Assembly (NCBI GenBank): GCA_049969855.1
Contig: JBMFOB010000006.1
Location: 1 to 63,607, forward strand
Direction: 5' to 3'
Source: Candidatus Bathyarchaeia archaeon
GTDB lineage: Archaea > Thermoproteota > Bathyarchaeia > Bathyarchaeales > Bathycorpusculaceae
Length of the DNA stretch: 63,607 nt
Position numbers and translations under genes: made by a program. A model generated the notes under the pieces. It did not search any database and was not told the origin of the DNA. It saw only the letters and a list, made by a program, of their open reading frames with translations. Of this stretch, positions 10,904 through 17,742 are shown piece after piece; the first letter of the stretch is position 1; each line of letters starts with the position of its first letter.

Positions 10904-11456
10904 AATACCAAAAGAACGAGTAGGCGCCCTAATAGGTCCAGAAGGAAAAACCAAGAAAAGCATAGAAGAGAAGCTTTCAGTTGAACTTCAAATAGAAAGC
11001 GAAACAGGCGCCGTTACAATTATGCTGGCTGAAAACGCCAATGATCCATCCTTGCTCTTTAAGGCTAAGGATGTTGTAACAGCCATTGGAAGGGGTTTCT
11101 CTCCAGAACATGCCTTTCGCTTAATTCGTGATGAAGAAGTCATATTAGATGTTATAGATTTGCGAACAATTTTTGGAAGGTCAGAATCAGACATAAAACG
11201 CATTAAAGGGCGAATAATTGGGATGAATGGAAAAACCCGCAAAATAATAGAAGAGCTAACAGACGCAAACATATGCGTTTACGGACACACAGTAAGCATA
11301 ATTGGAAACATAGACCAAGCCCAAGCAGCAAGAGAAGCCATCCAAATGCTCATAAACGGAAGCCAACACAGCACAGTATACCGTTTCCTCCACAGAAAAC
11401 GCAGAGAACTTAAAAAGAAAATGCTTGAGCTATGGGAAAAATCACCAGATTCTTAG
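10878..11456 (+). CDS. KH-domain rRNA processing protein (Dim2/Pno1 family)
   Basis: IPKERVGALIGPEG, AIGRGFSPE, GRIIGMNGKTR, VYGHTV; follows rio1. Confidence 0.9.
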   Translation: MAKPSTFLKIPKERVGALIGPEGKTKKSIEEKLSVELQIESETGAVTIMLAENANDPSLLFKAKDVVTAIGRGFSPEHAFRLIRDEEVILDVIDLRTIFGRSESDIKRIKGRIIGMNGKTRKIIEELTDANICVYGHTVSIIGNIDQAQAAREAIQMLINGSQHSTVYRFLHRKRRELKKKMLELWEKSPDS

Positions 11457-11566
11457 AGAAAACACTAGTTTCTGAAATAGGCAAAGCCCCATACTTTTTC
11501 TCATTTTTGAGTCAAATTTATATAGAAAATAGTTCTAGAACAAAAGTTCACCCATCTGGGGGGGCG

Positions 11567-11737
11567 ATGGCAACAAGAAACCTTTTCTTGCTGAAAGCGG
11601 TCCTCACCATACAACTTTCAAAACTAGGCTTGGACGTTGCAATCTGCCATAAATGTGGCAAAATATTCATGAAAACTGACGGAACAACAATCTGCAAAGA
11701 ATGTCAACACCAATTACTCTCATCTTTTTCTGCTTGA
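11567..11737 (+). CDS. Small zinc-ribbon protein
   Basis: GGGGGG before ATG at 11567; CHKCG...ICKEC. Confidence 0.5.
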   Translation: MATRNLFLLKAVLTIQLSKLGLDVAICHKCGKIFMKTDGTTICKECQHQLLSSFSA

Positions 11738-11791
11738 AACCTCAATGCACTACAAACAAACGGGCTAGAGGGGAGCTAAAGCTCAACAGTT

Positions 11792-11862
11792 TGGCGAGCT
11801 CTTCGCACTCAAGATCCCAATCATTTTTGTTCAGCGGGGCCAGAGTCGTCATCGCTCTGCCA
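11792..11862 (-). ncRNA. Putative box C/D-like sRNA gene used as the integration target
   Basis: Minus strand reads TGGC(A)GAGC stem, G-ATGACGA (C-like), CTCTGGCCCCG, CTGA (D'), ATGATT (C'), GGGATCTTGAGT guide, ...AAGA, GCTCGCCA stem. The terminal D box is degenerate. Confidence 0.45.
11839..11856 (+). repeat. attL core GCCAGAGTCGTCATCGCT
   Basis: Identical to 15792-15809. Confidence 0.9.
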
Positions 11863-12760
11863 TGGTAATGATGATGATTTGCAATTTATTAATGTTGCGA
11901 CGACTCCGCCCCCGCTGAACCATTCTGTAGATTGGAGTGCGTTTAAGGAATGGTTATGCAAAGATAAGAGTGGAGATTATGCAAGAGATTTATTGAATTA
12001 TGCTAAACGCTTTCACCATTGCCTTTTCAATGGCAACTTAAGTGAAGTTGCATTGTTAAGTGAAGGCAAACGTAGAATGGTTTTAGCGAGTCTTTCAGCT
12101 TTAGCGAAGTTTTTAGGCATTTATGACCAATGGAAAAACTCCATTCAAAGATATGGGATTAAATGGGTTGAAGTTGAAACAAAAGATAAGCGAATCATTC
12201 AAAGACTAACCAAGGCAATAGATGTAAACGATGTTTACCAATGGATTAAAAGCGTTAAAGAAGCAAGACCAGAATTAAGCATCTTCATAGGTTTCATGGC
12301 GATTACGGGTTTGCGTCTTGTGGAAGCTGTCGAATCTTACAACCTCATTATTAAATTGGCAAAGGAAGGAAGGTTAAGCGAGTATTACGATAGCGAAAAA
12401 GAAGTTTTGGAACACTACAAATTTAGAGAAACATTCCTACGGAAAGGAAAGAAAGCGTTAATCAGTTTTGTTCCTAAAAGCATGGTTCAAAGGATAGCTG
12501 AAGACTCTTCGCTTAAGACAGCTTCATACATAGATAAGAGCATGAGGCATTATGGTTTACGTTCACGTTTTAGCGATTTAAGAGAGTTTCATGGAAGCAT
12601 CATGACTAAACACCTTAACCAGAACGAAATAGACTTTCTGCATGGTAGGATTGGAACATCAACTTTCATGGCGAACTATTATAATCCATTGTGGATTGGC
12701 GATTTAAAACAAAGAGTCTGGAAAGGGATAAGTGAAATCCTTGCAGAGATACGATGCTAA
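11840..12760 (+). CDS. Tyrosine recombinase, C-terminal fragment (intC) of an SSV-type integrase
   Basis: TGLRLVEA, SDLREF, FLHGR, NYY catalytic-type motifs. The frame is open upstream of the TTG at 11879 through attL (PESSSLCHGNDDDLQF). Confidence 0.85.
   Translation, partial: PESSSLCHGNDDDLQFINVATTPPPLNHSVDWSAFKEWLCKDKSGDYARDLLNYAKRFHHCLFNGNLSEVALLSEGKRRMVLASLSALAKFLGIYDQWKNSIQRYGIKWVEVETKDKRIIQRLTKAIDVNDVYQWIKSVKEARPELSIFIGFMAITGLRLVEAVESYNLIIKLAKEGRLSEYYDSEKEVLEHYKFRETFLRKGKKALISFVPKSMVQRIAEDSSLKTASYIDKSMRHYGLRSRFSDLREFHGSIMTKHLNQNEIDFLHGRIGTSTFMANYYNPLWIGDLKQRVWKGISEILAEIRC
11862..11923 (+). ncRNA. Putative element-encoded box C/D sRNA or K-turn inside the integrase ORF
   Basis: ATGGT-A-ATGATGA (box C, 11868-11874)...CTGA (box D, 11915-11918)-ACCAT; perfect 5-bp terminal stem with a 3-nt bulge. 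Confidence 0.5.
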
Positions 12761-12980
12761 ACCGTTTAATCTTCTCTCCCTTTTCATAAACAAATCCGTA
12801 ATCATTCAAAATGGCGATATAGAAGTTGCAGGAATCCTTTTAGCGTTTGAGAAAAGCAGCAGGGTCCCATTCCATAAACCTTTCACTTTAGTGCTGTTGA
12901 CGAGAGATGGAAAAGCAATTATGCGAGATTGGGACATAGTCAAATTTAGACCAGTTAAGGTGGTGAGGGGTTATGCGTAA
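12732..12980 (+). CDS. Small element protein, possibly Sm/LSm-like fold
   Basis: LSLFINKSVIIQNGDIEVAGILLAFE resembles the Sm1 motif; overlaps its neighbours. Confidence 0.45.
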   Translation: MKSLQRYDAKPFNLLSLFINKSVIIQNGDIEVAGILLAFEKSSRVPFHKPFTLVLLTRDGKAIMRDWDIVKFRPVKVVRGYA

Positions 12981-13197
12981 ACATGATAATCCAGTTCCCA
13001 AATGGATAACTCTGGTCGCTACGCTGCTTTTAGGTTGCATTCTGGTTCCAATAATTGTTGACCAGGTGCAAAGCGTTAACACGACAAGCTGGAGTTTCAC
13101 GGGTGTAAGTGGAGCAAGAACGCTTTTCGGTCTTATCCCATTCATTTTCATAGTCGGCATAATCATTTACTTTATGGTTGAACTGTTGAGGGTTTAG
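12973..13197 (+). CDS. Spindle-shaped virus major capsid protein (SSV1 VP1/VP3-like)
   Basis: 74 aa; two hydrophobic helices LLLGCILVPIIVDQV and ARTLFGLIPFIFIVGIII separated by a loop with an NTT sequon and TG. Pattern recalls fusellovirus VP1 (IGxxLLPVIVxQV...TG..ATLL.LVPL). Confidence 0.7.
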   Translation: MRKHDNPVPKWITLVATLLLGCILVPIIVDQVQSVNTTSWSFTGVSGARTLFGLIPFIFIVGIIIYFMVELLRV

Positions 13198-13202
13198 ACG
13201 GA

Positions 13203-13601
13203 ATGGCAAATATTAATCAGTTTTTTCTTGACGGTTTTCTAAAACTTTTTCTGGCAATGTTCACGTTTAACCTGGGAATGCTCTTAATGGTATTGGCAAT
13301 TAGTAATTCACTGTTTTATTATGCTTCAGCTTCATTGTGGATAATCAGCATCCTTTTCATTCTGAAACAAGTGCAACATCTACGATGGATAAAAGATAAT
13401 TTGGAATTCAAAGAAGATGATGAACCGCAAATAAGAATAGATGCAAGCGATGAAGATTATGTTAAGGTTCTCAAGTTATATCTTAACGGTTCCTATAAAA
13501 CCATAATGAAAACGTATCAGTTTAAACATCCTGGTCAAGCTCAACGGTTAATAAAGAAAAGCATAAGGCAACTTTTGATAGAAAAGGGTAGGGGTAACTG
13601 A
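13203..13601 (+). CDS. Element membrane protein (2 TM segments plus C-terminal soluble domain)
   Basis: Hydrophobic N-terminal half and charged C-terminal half; starts 5 nt after the capsid gene. Confidence 0.6.
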   Translation: MANINQFFLDGFLKLFLAMFTFNLGMLLMVLAISNSLFYYASASLWIISILFILKQVQHLRWIKDNLEFKEDDEPQIRIDASDEDYVKVLKLYLNGSYKTIMKTYQFKHPGQAQRLIKKSIRQLLIEKGRGN

Positions 13602-13612
13602 TTAAAAAATGC

Positions 13613-13765
13613 TTATTGCTTCTCTTTTTCTCTTTTGCTTAACCATTCTGGAATTATCACAGCTCGAATTAATTCTTGAACGGTTATGCCTCTCTCCTTC
13701 GCTAATTGCTGAAGTTTCTTGTAAACTTCTTCTTCGAGTGTTTGCATGAATTTAGGCATACTCAT
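13613..13765 (-). CDS. Ribbon-helix-helix DNA-binding protein (50 aa, not in the ORF track)
   Basis: MSMPKFMQTLEEEVYKKLQQLAKERGITVQELIRAVIIPEWLSKREKEKQ; GGTGA-like RBS upstream. Confidence 0.75.
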   Translation of the reverse strand: MSMPKFMQTLEEEVYKKLQQLAKERGITVQELIRAVIIPEWLSKREKEKQ

Positions 13766-13844
13766 ATGTTTCTCACCATCCTATATTTATTTCATTCTGT
13801 AGATAGCTATAGAAAGATTTAAAAAGATTTCCATTTATACCTAA

Positions 13845-14273
13845 ATGCTGCACGTATCTTCTACGTGCGAGAGTGAGAAAGTGGAAAGAAAGCTGATTGT
13901 AACTGGTTTGGCGGCACTTTTAGCGCTTGCCCTAATCGTCTATGCCTTTGAACAACAAGCTGTCACTGTTTATCGCCCCACGGTTGTAGCGGTGAACTTT
14001 CAAAACTTGCCAGTGTCACTTTACGCTGTTAATTTCAATTACAGCGATGCGCAAATGCGTTACACGACCGTAACTTTAACGTTGAACAACACTGCAGCGC
14101 CGATGAACGCTTCAATAAGTGTAATGCTTTACGCTAATGAAAGTGAAGCGTGTAGTGGATTTTGGAGTGGCGTTTTAAACGGTTTCCAGCAGCTGCAGGT
14201 AACGCTAAACTGGATTGGCAATTACACGGTGAACGACATAACCAGCGGATACGTAACATTGAAGCAACCTTAA
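13845..14273 (+). CDS. Secreted or membrane-anchored beta-rich glycoprotein, putative virion or adsorption protein
   Basis: N-terminal hydrophobic helix; many NxS/T sequons (NYS, NNT, NAS, NES, NYT). The true start may be GTG 13881. Confidence 0.6.
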   Translation: MLHVSSTCESEKVERKLIVTGLAALLALALIVYAFEQQAVTVYRPTVVAVNFQNLPVSLYAVNFNYSDAQMRYTTVTLTLNNTAAPMNASISVMLYANESEACSGFWSGVLNGFQQLQVTLNWIGNYTVNDITSGYVTLKQP

Positions 14274-14296
14274 ATTTGAAGAACTAAGCTTTCAAC

Positions 14297-14313
14297 CTTC
14301 CCCCCTTTTTTCT
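14297..14313 (+). terminator. Pyrimidine/oligo-T archaeal terminator
   Basis: CTTCCCCCCTTTTTTCT just after the stop at 14273. Confidence 0.4.
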
Positions 14314-14543
14314 GAAAAGGCAATCTATGGGAAGTTAGACGCTCCAGATTTTTTATCTGGCACTTTTTCCATGCTTTTCAGTTGAAGCGTAACATCTTTA
14401 TGGAAAATGTAATCCTCACTCTATTCGTGTGATAAGTGATATGTTGTGTTGACACGCACAAGCGTCAACCTAAACGGATGATGTCCTTTCCAATAATTTT
14501 TAGTTGATAGCGGCAAAATCAAAGCGGAAGCAATACCCACGCG

Positions 14544-14957
14544 CTAATCATGCCACTTGCCACATGGATAAAACATGAACAGATAATCCAATAAACTGTA
14601 TTTGATAACTTGATGGTTTTCCACGTCAATTATCTCGATTGCCTCTTTAACCCTCGGATTATTAAGAAGTTTAAACCATCCAGCTTTAACAATGAAATCC
14701 AATTCCCAAACATATTTTGGATGGCAATAAAATGGACGTAAAGGATGTTTAAAGACTCGAATACGCTTCAGACTTTTATACATTAACCTGCGAAACGTAT
14801 CTTTAGCATAAATATGTTTAAAAATTGGATAAAGGGCATCCATAATTTGTTTTGGAGTTGCATAATGAAAAGCTTCAAAGAACAATCTTAAATAATCTTC
14901 AAGGCGTAGGCGAGTAGTAGCATCCTCATTTTTGGTTTCATGGAAATTCATGGTCAC
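14544..14957 (-). CDS. Hypothetical element protein (possible wHTH or replication-related)
   Basis: 137-aa ORF inside the element; no recognisable catalytic motif. Confidence 0.5.
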   Translation of the reverse strand: MTMNFHETKNEDATTRLRLEDYLRLFFEAFHYATPKQIMDALYPIFKHIYAKDTFRRLMYKSLKRIRVFKHPLRPFYCHPKYVWELDFIVKAGWFKLLNNPRVKEAIEIIDVENHQVIKYSLLDYLFMFYPCGKWHD

Positions 14958-15015
14958 ATCTATGACTTTTAAAACTGAATGACAATTTAAGACTTGTTGA
15001 CAAAGGTGTGTTAAA

Positions 15016-15177
15016 ATGCAAAAAGTAAGAATAAGCGTAAGAATTGATGGAGAAGATTTCGAGAAGATTCAAGCTGCAATAAAGAAGGCATATCCAACTT
15101 TAAGAAGCGTTTCTGATGTTGTCCGTGCAGCTTTGAAGGAATTTCTTTCTAAACATGAAGGGGTGTGTGTGTATTAA
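15016..15177 (+). CDS. CopG/RHH DNA-binding protein (53 aa, not in the ORF track)
   Basis: MQKVRISVRIDGEDFEKIQAAIKKAYPTLRSVSDVVRAALKEFL; GGTG RBS. Confidence 0.75.
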   Translation: MQKVRISVRIDGEDFEKIQAAIKKAYPTLRSVSDVVRAALKEFLSKHEGVCVY

Positions 15178-15352
15178 AATGAGTGTGTCTGTCTTGTCTT
15201 CCTTCTTCTCTTCTCTCTTCTCTACTCATAATACTCATATACTCATACATACACACATACACACTCACACCTTTTCATTAAAGGAAAATGGGGTAAGCAG
15301 CGGCGGCGAAAACTCTGCAGCTTCTCCGATAATACACACACATACACACACC
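15164..15352. repeat. CA/TG-rich repeat region, candidate replication origin
   Basis: 13-bp inverted repeat (15164-15176 and 15330-15342), TACTCATA x3 (15223, 15232, 15240), ATACACAC repeats. Confidence 0.55.
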
Positions 15353-15359
15353 TTTTTAG

Positions 15360-15608
15360 GTGATGTTCATGGTTAAACGTGACGGAGCAGAAATAAGAAA
15401 AGAAAGAATCCAAGAAATTGTTAGAAAAGTTGTTAGTTTGCTGCATAACGAAGAGGAAATACTGGTAGATTCCACCGTTGCCATTCTTCAATACGAAACA
15501 GGATTAAGACCAGACAAAATAATGGAATACCTCGAAATTGGAGACCAACTTAAACGGTTTGAACTTGACAAAGATAAAAACAAAATTAAGAAAATCAAAG
15601 AGGCATAA
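15360..15608 (+). CDS. Small winged-helix-like element protein
   Basis: RKERIQEI...YETGLRPDKIMEYLE helical pattern. Confidence 0.6.
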   Translation: MMFMVKRDGAEIRKERIQEIVRKVVSLLHNEEEILVDSTVAILQYETGLRPDKIMEYLEIGDQLKRFELDKDKNKIKKIKEA

Positions 15609-15626
15609 ACGTTAAATAGCTATTTA

Positions 15627-15642
15627 TATGCATATATGCATA
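15627..15642. promoter_or_regulatory. Perfect 16-bp palindrome TATGCATATATGCATA upstream of intN; candidate operator
   Basis: Lies between AT-rich TATA-like sequence and the GGTGA RBS of intN. Confidence 0.5.
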
Positions 15643-15651
15643 GGTGAAAAC

Positions 15652-15819
15652 GTGAAAGCGAGAACAACACTCCTAATAGATGCCGACGTTTTGAAAACCG
15701 CCAAAGAATTAGGTTTCAACATTTCAATGGTTTGTGAAAACTGCTTAAAAATCTATATAGAGGCAATAAAAAACGCTAATAAGAAAATAGTGCCAGAGTC
15801 GTCATCGCTTCGCCGTTAA
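15652..15819 (+). CDS. Integrase N-terminal fragment (intN) with CcdA/VapB-like RHH domain
   Basis: RTTLLIDADVLKTAKELGFNISMVCENCL; ends ...VPESSSLRR across attR, in the same att reading frame as intC. Confidence 0.75.
   Translation: MKARTTLLIDADVLKTAKELGFNISMVCENCLKIYIEAIKNANKKIVPESSSLRR
15792..15809 (+). repeat. attR core GCCAGAGTCGTCATCGCT
   Basis: Identical to 11839-11856. Confidence 0.9.
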
Positions 15820-15857
15820 ATTTTAGCACCGTCTAAAATAAAAGTTTATAGTTGTTA

Positions 15858-16178
15858 TCACGTATGAGGATTGGCGTGCCTTATCACAGCATCGAATATT
15901 ATTCCTGCACCAAAAACCGCCAGAACAATCCAATCCATTGCTGCCAAAGTGTATAGCAACGCACTATCAACAGCGCTTCCTTCTTGTATGACTGTTAACT
16001 CCCTCAGCAGTGTATACGCTGAGGTGAAAAATGTCATAATCCATGGAAGTGTCCCAAATGTAGATGTATACTTCCAACCTTTTTCAGCTATGGCTAACCT
16101 CAAACGCGATAACCAATAAACTATCATAAGGCTTGACGCTACCAACCCAGCAACTGATCCAGCAAACACCCACCACAT
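15858..16178 (-). CDS. Small membrane protein (3 TM segments)
   Basis: Three hydrophobic segments. Confidence 0.55.
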   Translation of the reverse strand: MWWVFAGSVAGLVASSLMIVYWLSRLRLAIAEKGWKYTSTFGTLPWIMTFFTSAYTLLRELTVIQEGSAVDSALLYTLAAMDWIVLAVFGAGIIFDAVIRHANPHT

Positions 16179-16265
16179 GAAAGAACGCCTTTTAACTTTA
16201 CCGTGAAAATTTTAATCGTTGTCTCTAATAAAAGGTTATAGCTATTACATACGTGTTGAATAGTC

Positions 16266-17252
16266 ATGCTGAAGCATATTCGTGTTGTGCCATTGGCTGC
16301 TGAAAGTTTCGGCGTTAGGTCCATGTGCACTTTTGTCGAAACTCCAGACATCCGAATCCTATTAGATGCTGGGGTTTCGCTTTGTCCAAACCGTTTCGGC
16401 TTGCCACCACATCCAGTAGAATTTAAAGCCATAGAAAAAGCCCGCAAAAAAATTGCGGAAGCCGCTGAAAAAGCTGAAATTGTAACCTTAAGCCACTACC
16501 ACTTTGACCACCACACGCCATCTTATGAGGATTGGCTTTGCAACTGGACAGCAAAAGACGAAACAGCAAGACAAGTTTACGAAGGAAAAACCATCCTAAT
16601 GAAAAATCCAAAAGAGAAAATTAACTTCAGCCAAAGAAGAAGAGGATGGATTTTCCAAAAAACAGGCGGAAAATATGCGGAAAAGCTTGAAATTGCAGAT
16701 GGAAAAACCTTCCTTTTCGGAAAAGCCACAAAAGTCAAATTTTCAGAACCCGTCTTCCACGGACCAGAAAATTCAGCCTTAGGATGGATTTTAATGGCAA
16801 CAGTCGAATATGAAAGTGAAAAGTTCATGTTCGCCCCAGACGTTCAAGGACCTATGGCAAAACAAACCCTCGAAATAATCCATAAAGAAAAACCCCAATT
16901 ATTAATGATTGGCGGACCACCATTATATTTGGCAAGATTCAAAGTTGACGAAAAACAAATCCAAAATGGAATGAAAAATTTAGAAAAGGTTGTAGGCGTT
17001 TCGCAGATGGTTATTTTGGAACACCACATCTTAAGAGACAAAGCATGGCGTGAAAAAGCAAAAAACGTTTTTGAAAAAGCTCAAAATGTCGGATGTAAAG
17101 TCTTGACAGCCGCAGAATTCCTAAAGGAAGAGAACGCCTTCTTAGAAGCGGTTAGAAAAAGGCTTTATGCCGAAAATCCGCCGTCAAGGGAATTTGAAAA
17201 GTGGATGAATGCAAGCATGACATTTAAAAAGCGTGTCGAACCTCCAATATAA
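16266..17252 (+). CDS. UPF0282 family metallo-beta-lactamase-fold hydrolase
   Basis: AAESFGVRSM, SHYHFDH, DVQGP, EHHILRD. Confidence 0.85.
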   Translation: MLKHIRVVPLAAESFGVRSMCTFVETPDIRILLDAGVSLCPNRFGLPPHPVEFKAIEKARKKIAEAAEKAEIVTLSHYHFDHHTPSYEDWLCNWTAKDETARQVYEGKTILMKNPKEKINFSQRRRGWIFQKTGGKYAEKLEIADGKTFLFGKATKVKFSEPVFHGPENSALGWILMATVEYESEKFMFAPDVQGPMAKQTLEIIHKEKPQLLMIGGPPLYLARFKVDEKQIQNGMKNLEKVVGVSQMVILEHHILRDKAWREKAKNVFEKAQNVGCKVLTAAEFLKEENAFLEAVRKRLYAENPPSREFEKWMNASMTFKKRVEPPI

Positions 17253-17741
17253 TCACTTAACAAACTTTTCCAACTCAGCCACATCATCCTTTAAATGTTC
17301 AAAGCGTATCCCATAAAAAGGCACAGAAATTCCACACTCACGCAGCTTTAAACGTAATTCTTCCATAAAAATACCTGAAATTTCATTCACGCCACAACTT
17401 GGGCTCCCATCAACACCCAAAACAAGCTCCAATTTCACTCCACAATTTGCATATTCTCGCACCTGATTAGCAAGCTCCACAGCCATTCTTCTGCACTGCC
17501 GCCTAAATCCGACATTATCGTATTGCTCTCTTGTTTGAGGCTTCCTTAATGCACCAGCATAAGCAAGTTCTGGACAAGGCATCTGAACAATGCCAATTCC
17601 CCTAAGCGTTAAAAATCCAACAATTTCACCTATCACACCTGACCTTTTCGCCAAACCCATTGCACGAGAATTTTGATTCAATAGGCAATGGGCAACTAGA
17701 GCAATTTTTCCACTTCTCTCATCTTTAAACATGCCACTCAC
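17253..17741 (-). CDS. DUF523 / TudS-related (CD3072-like) protein
   Basis: AHCLLNQNS, QMPCPE, GSPSCG. Confidence 0.8.
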   Translation of the reverse strand: MSGMFKDERSGKIALVAHCLLNQNSRAMGLAKRSGVIGEIVGFLTLRGIGIVQMPCPELAYAGALRKPQTREQYDNVGFRRQCRRMAVELANQVREYANCGVKLELVLGVDGSPSCGVNEISGIFMEELRLKLRECGISVPFYGIRFEHLKDDVAELEKFVK

Positions 17742-17742
17742 A

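Larger units (their letters stand above)
11839..15809. mobile_element. Integrated mini-provirus or satellite with SSV-type split integrase (3953 bp predicted circular form)
   Basis: 18-bp direct repeat at both ends, integrase split in frame across the repeat, VP1-like capsid protein, several RHH/HTH genes. Confidence 0.85.

Noticed and set aside
11761-11860. Plus-strand tRNA-Leu(CAA) at attL, suggested by CTCAAGATCC
   Set aside because: The anticodon stem does not pair, and there is no T-loop or acceptor stem. The match is better explained as an antisense guide on the minus strand.
15155-15491. ORFs 15155-15376 (+) and 15243-15491 (-)
   Set aside because: Low-complexity translations (HTHTH, CVCV) of the repeat region; they overlap better-supported ORFs.
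15652-15819. Stand-alone toxin-antitoxin antitoxin
   Set aside because: No adjacent toxin, and the ORF joins intC in frame across the att site.
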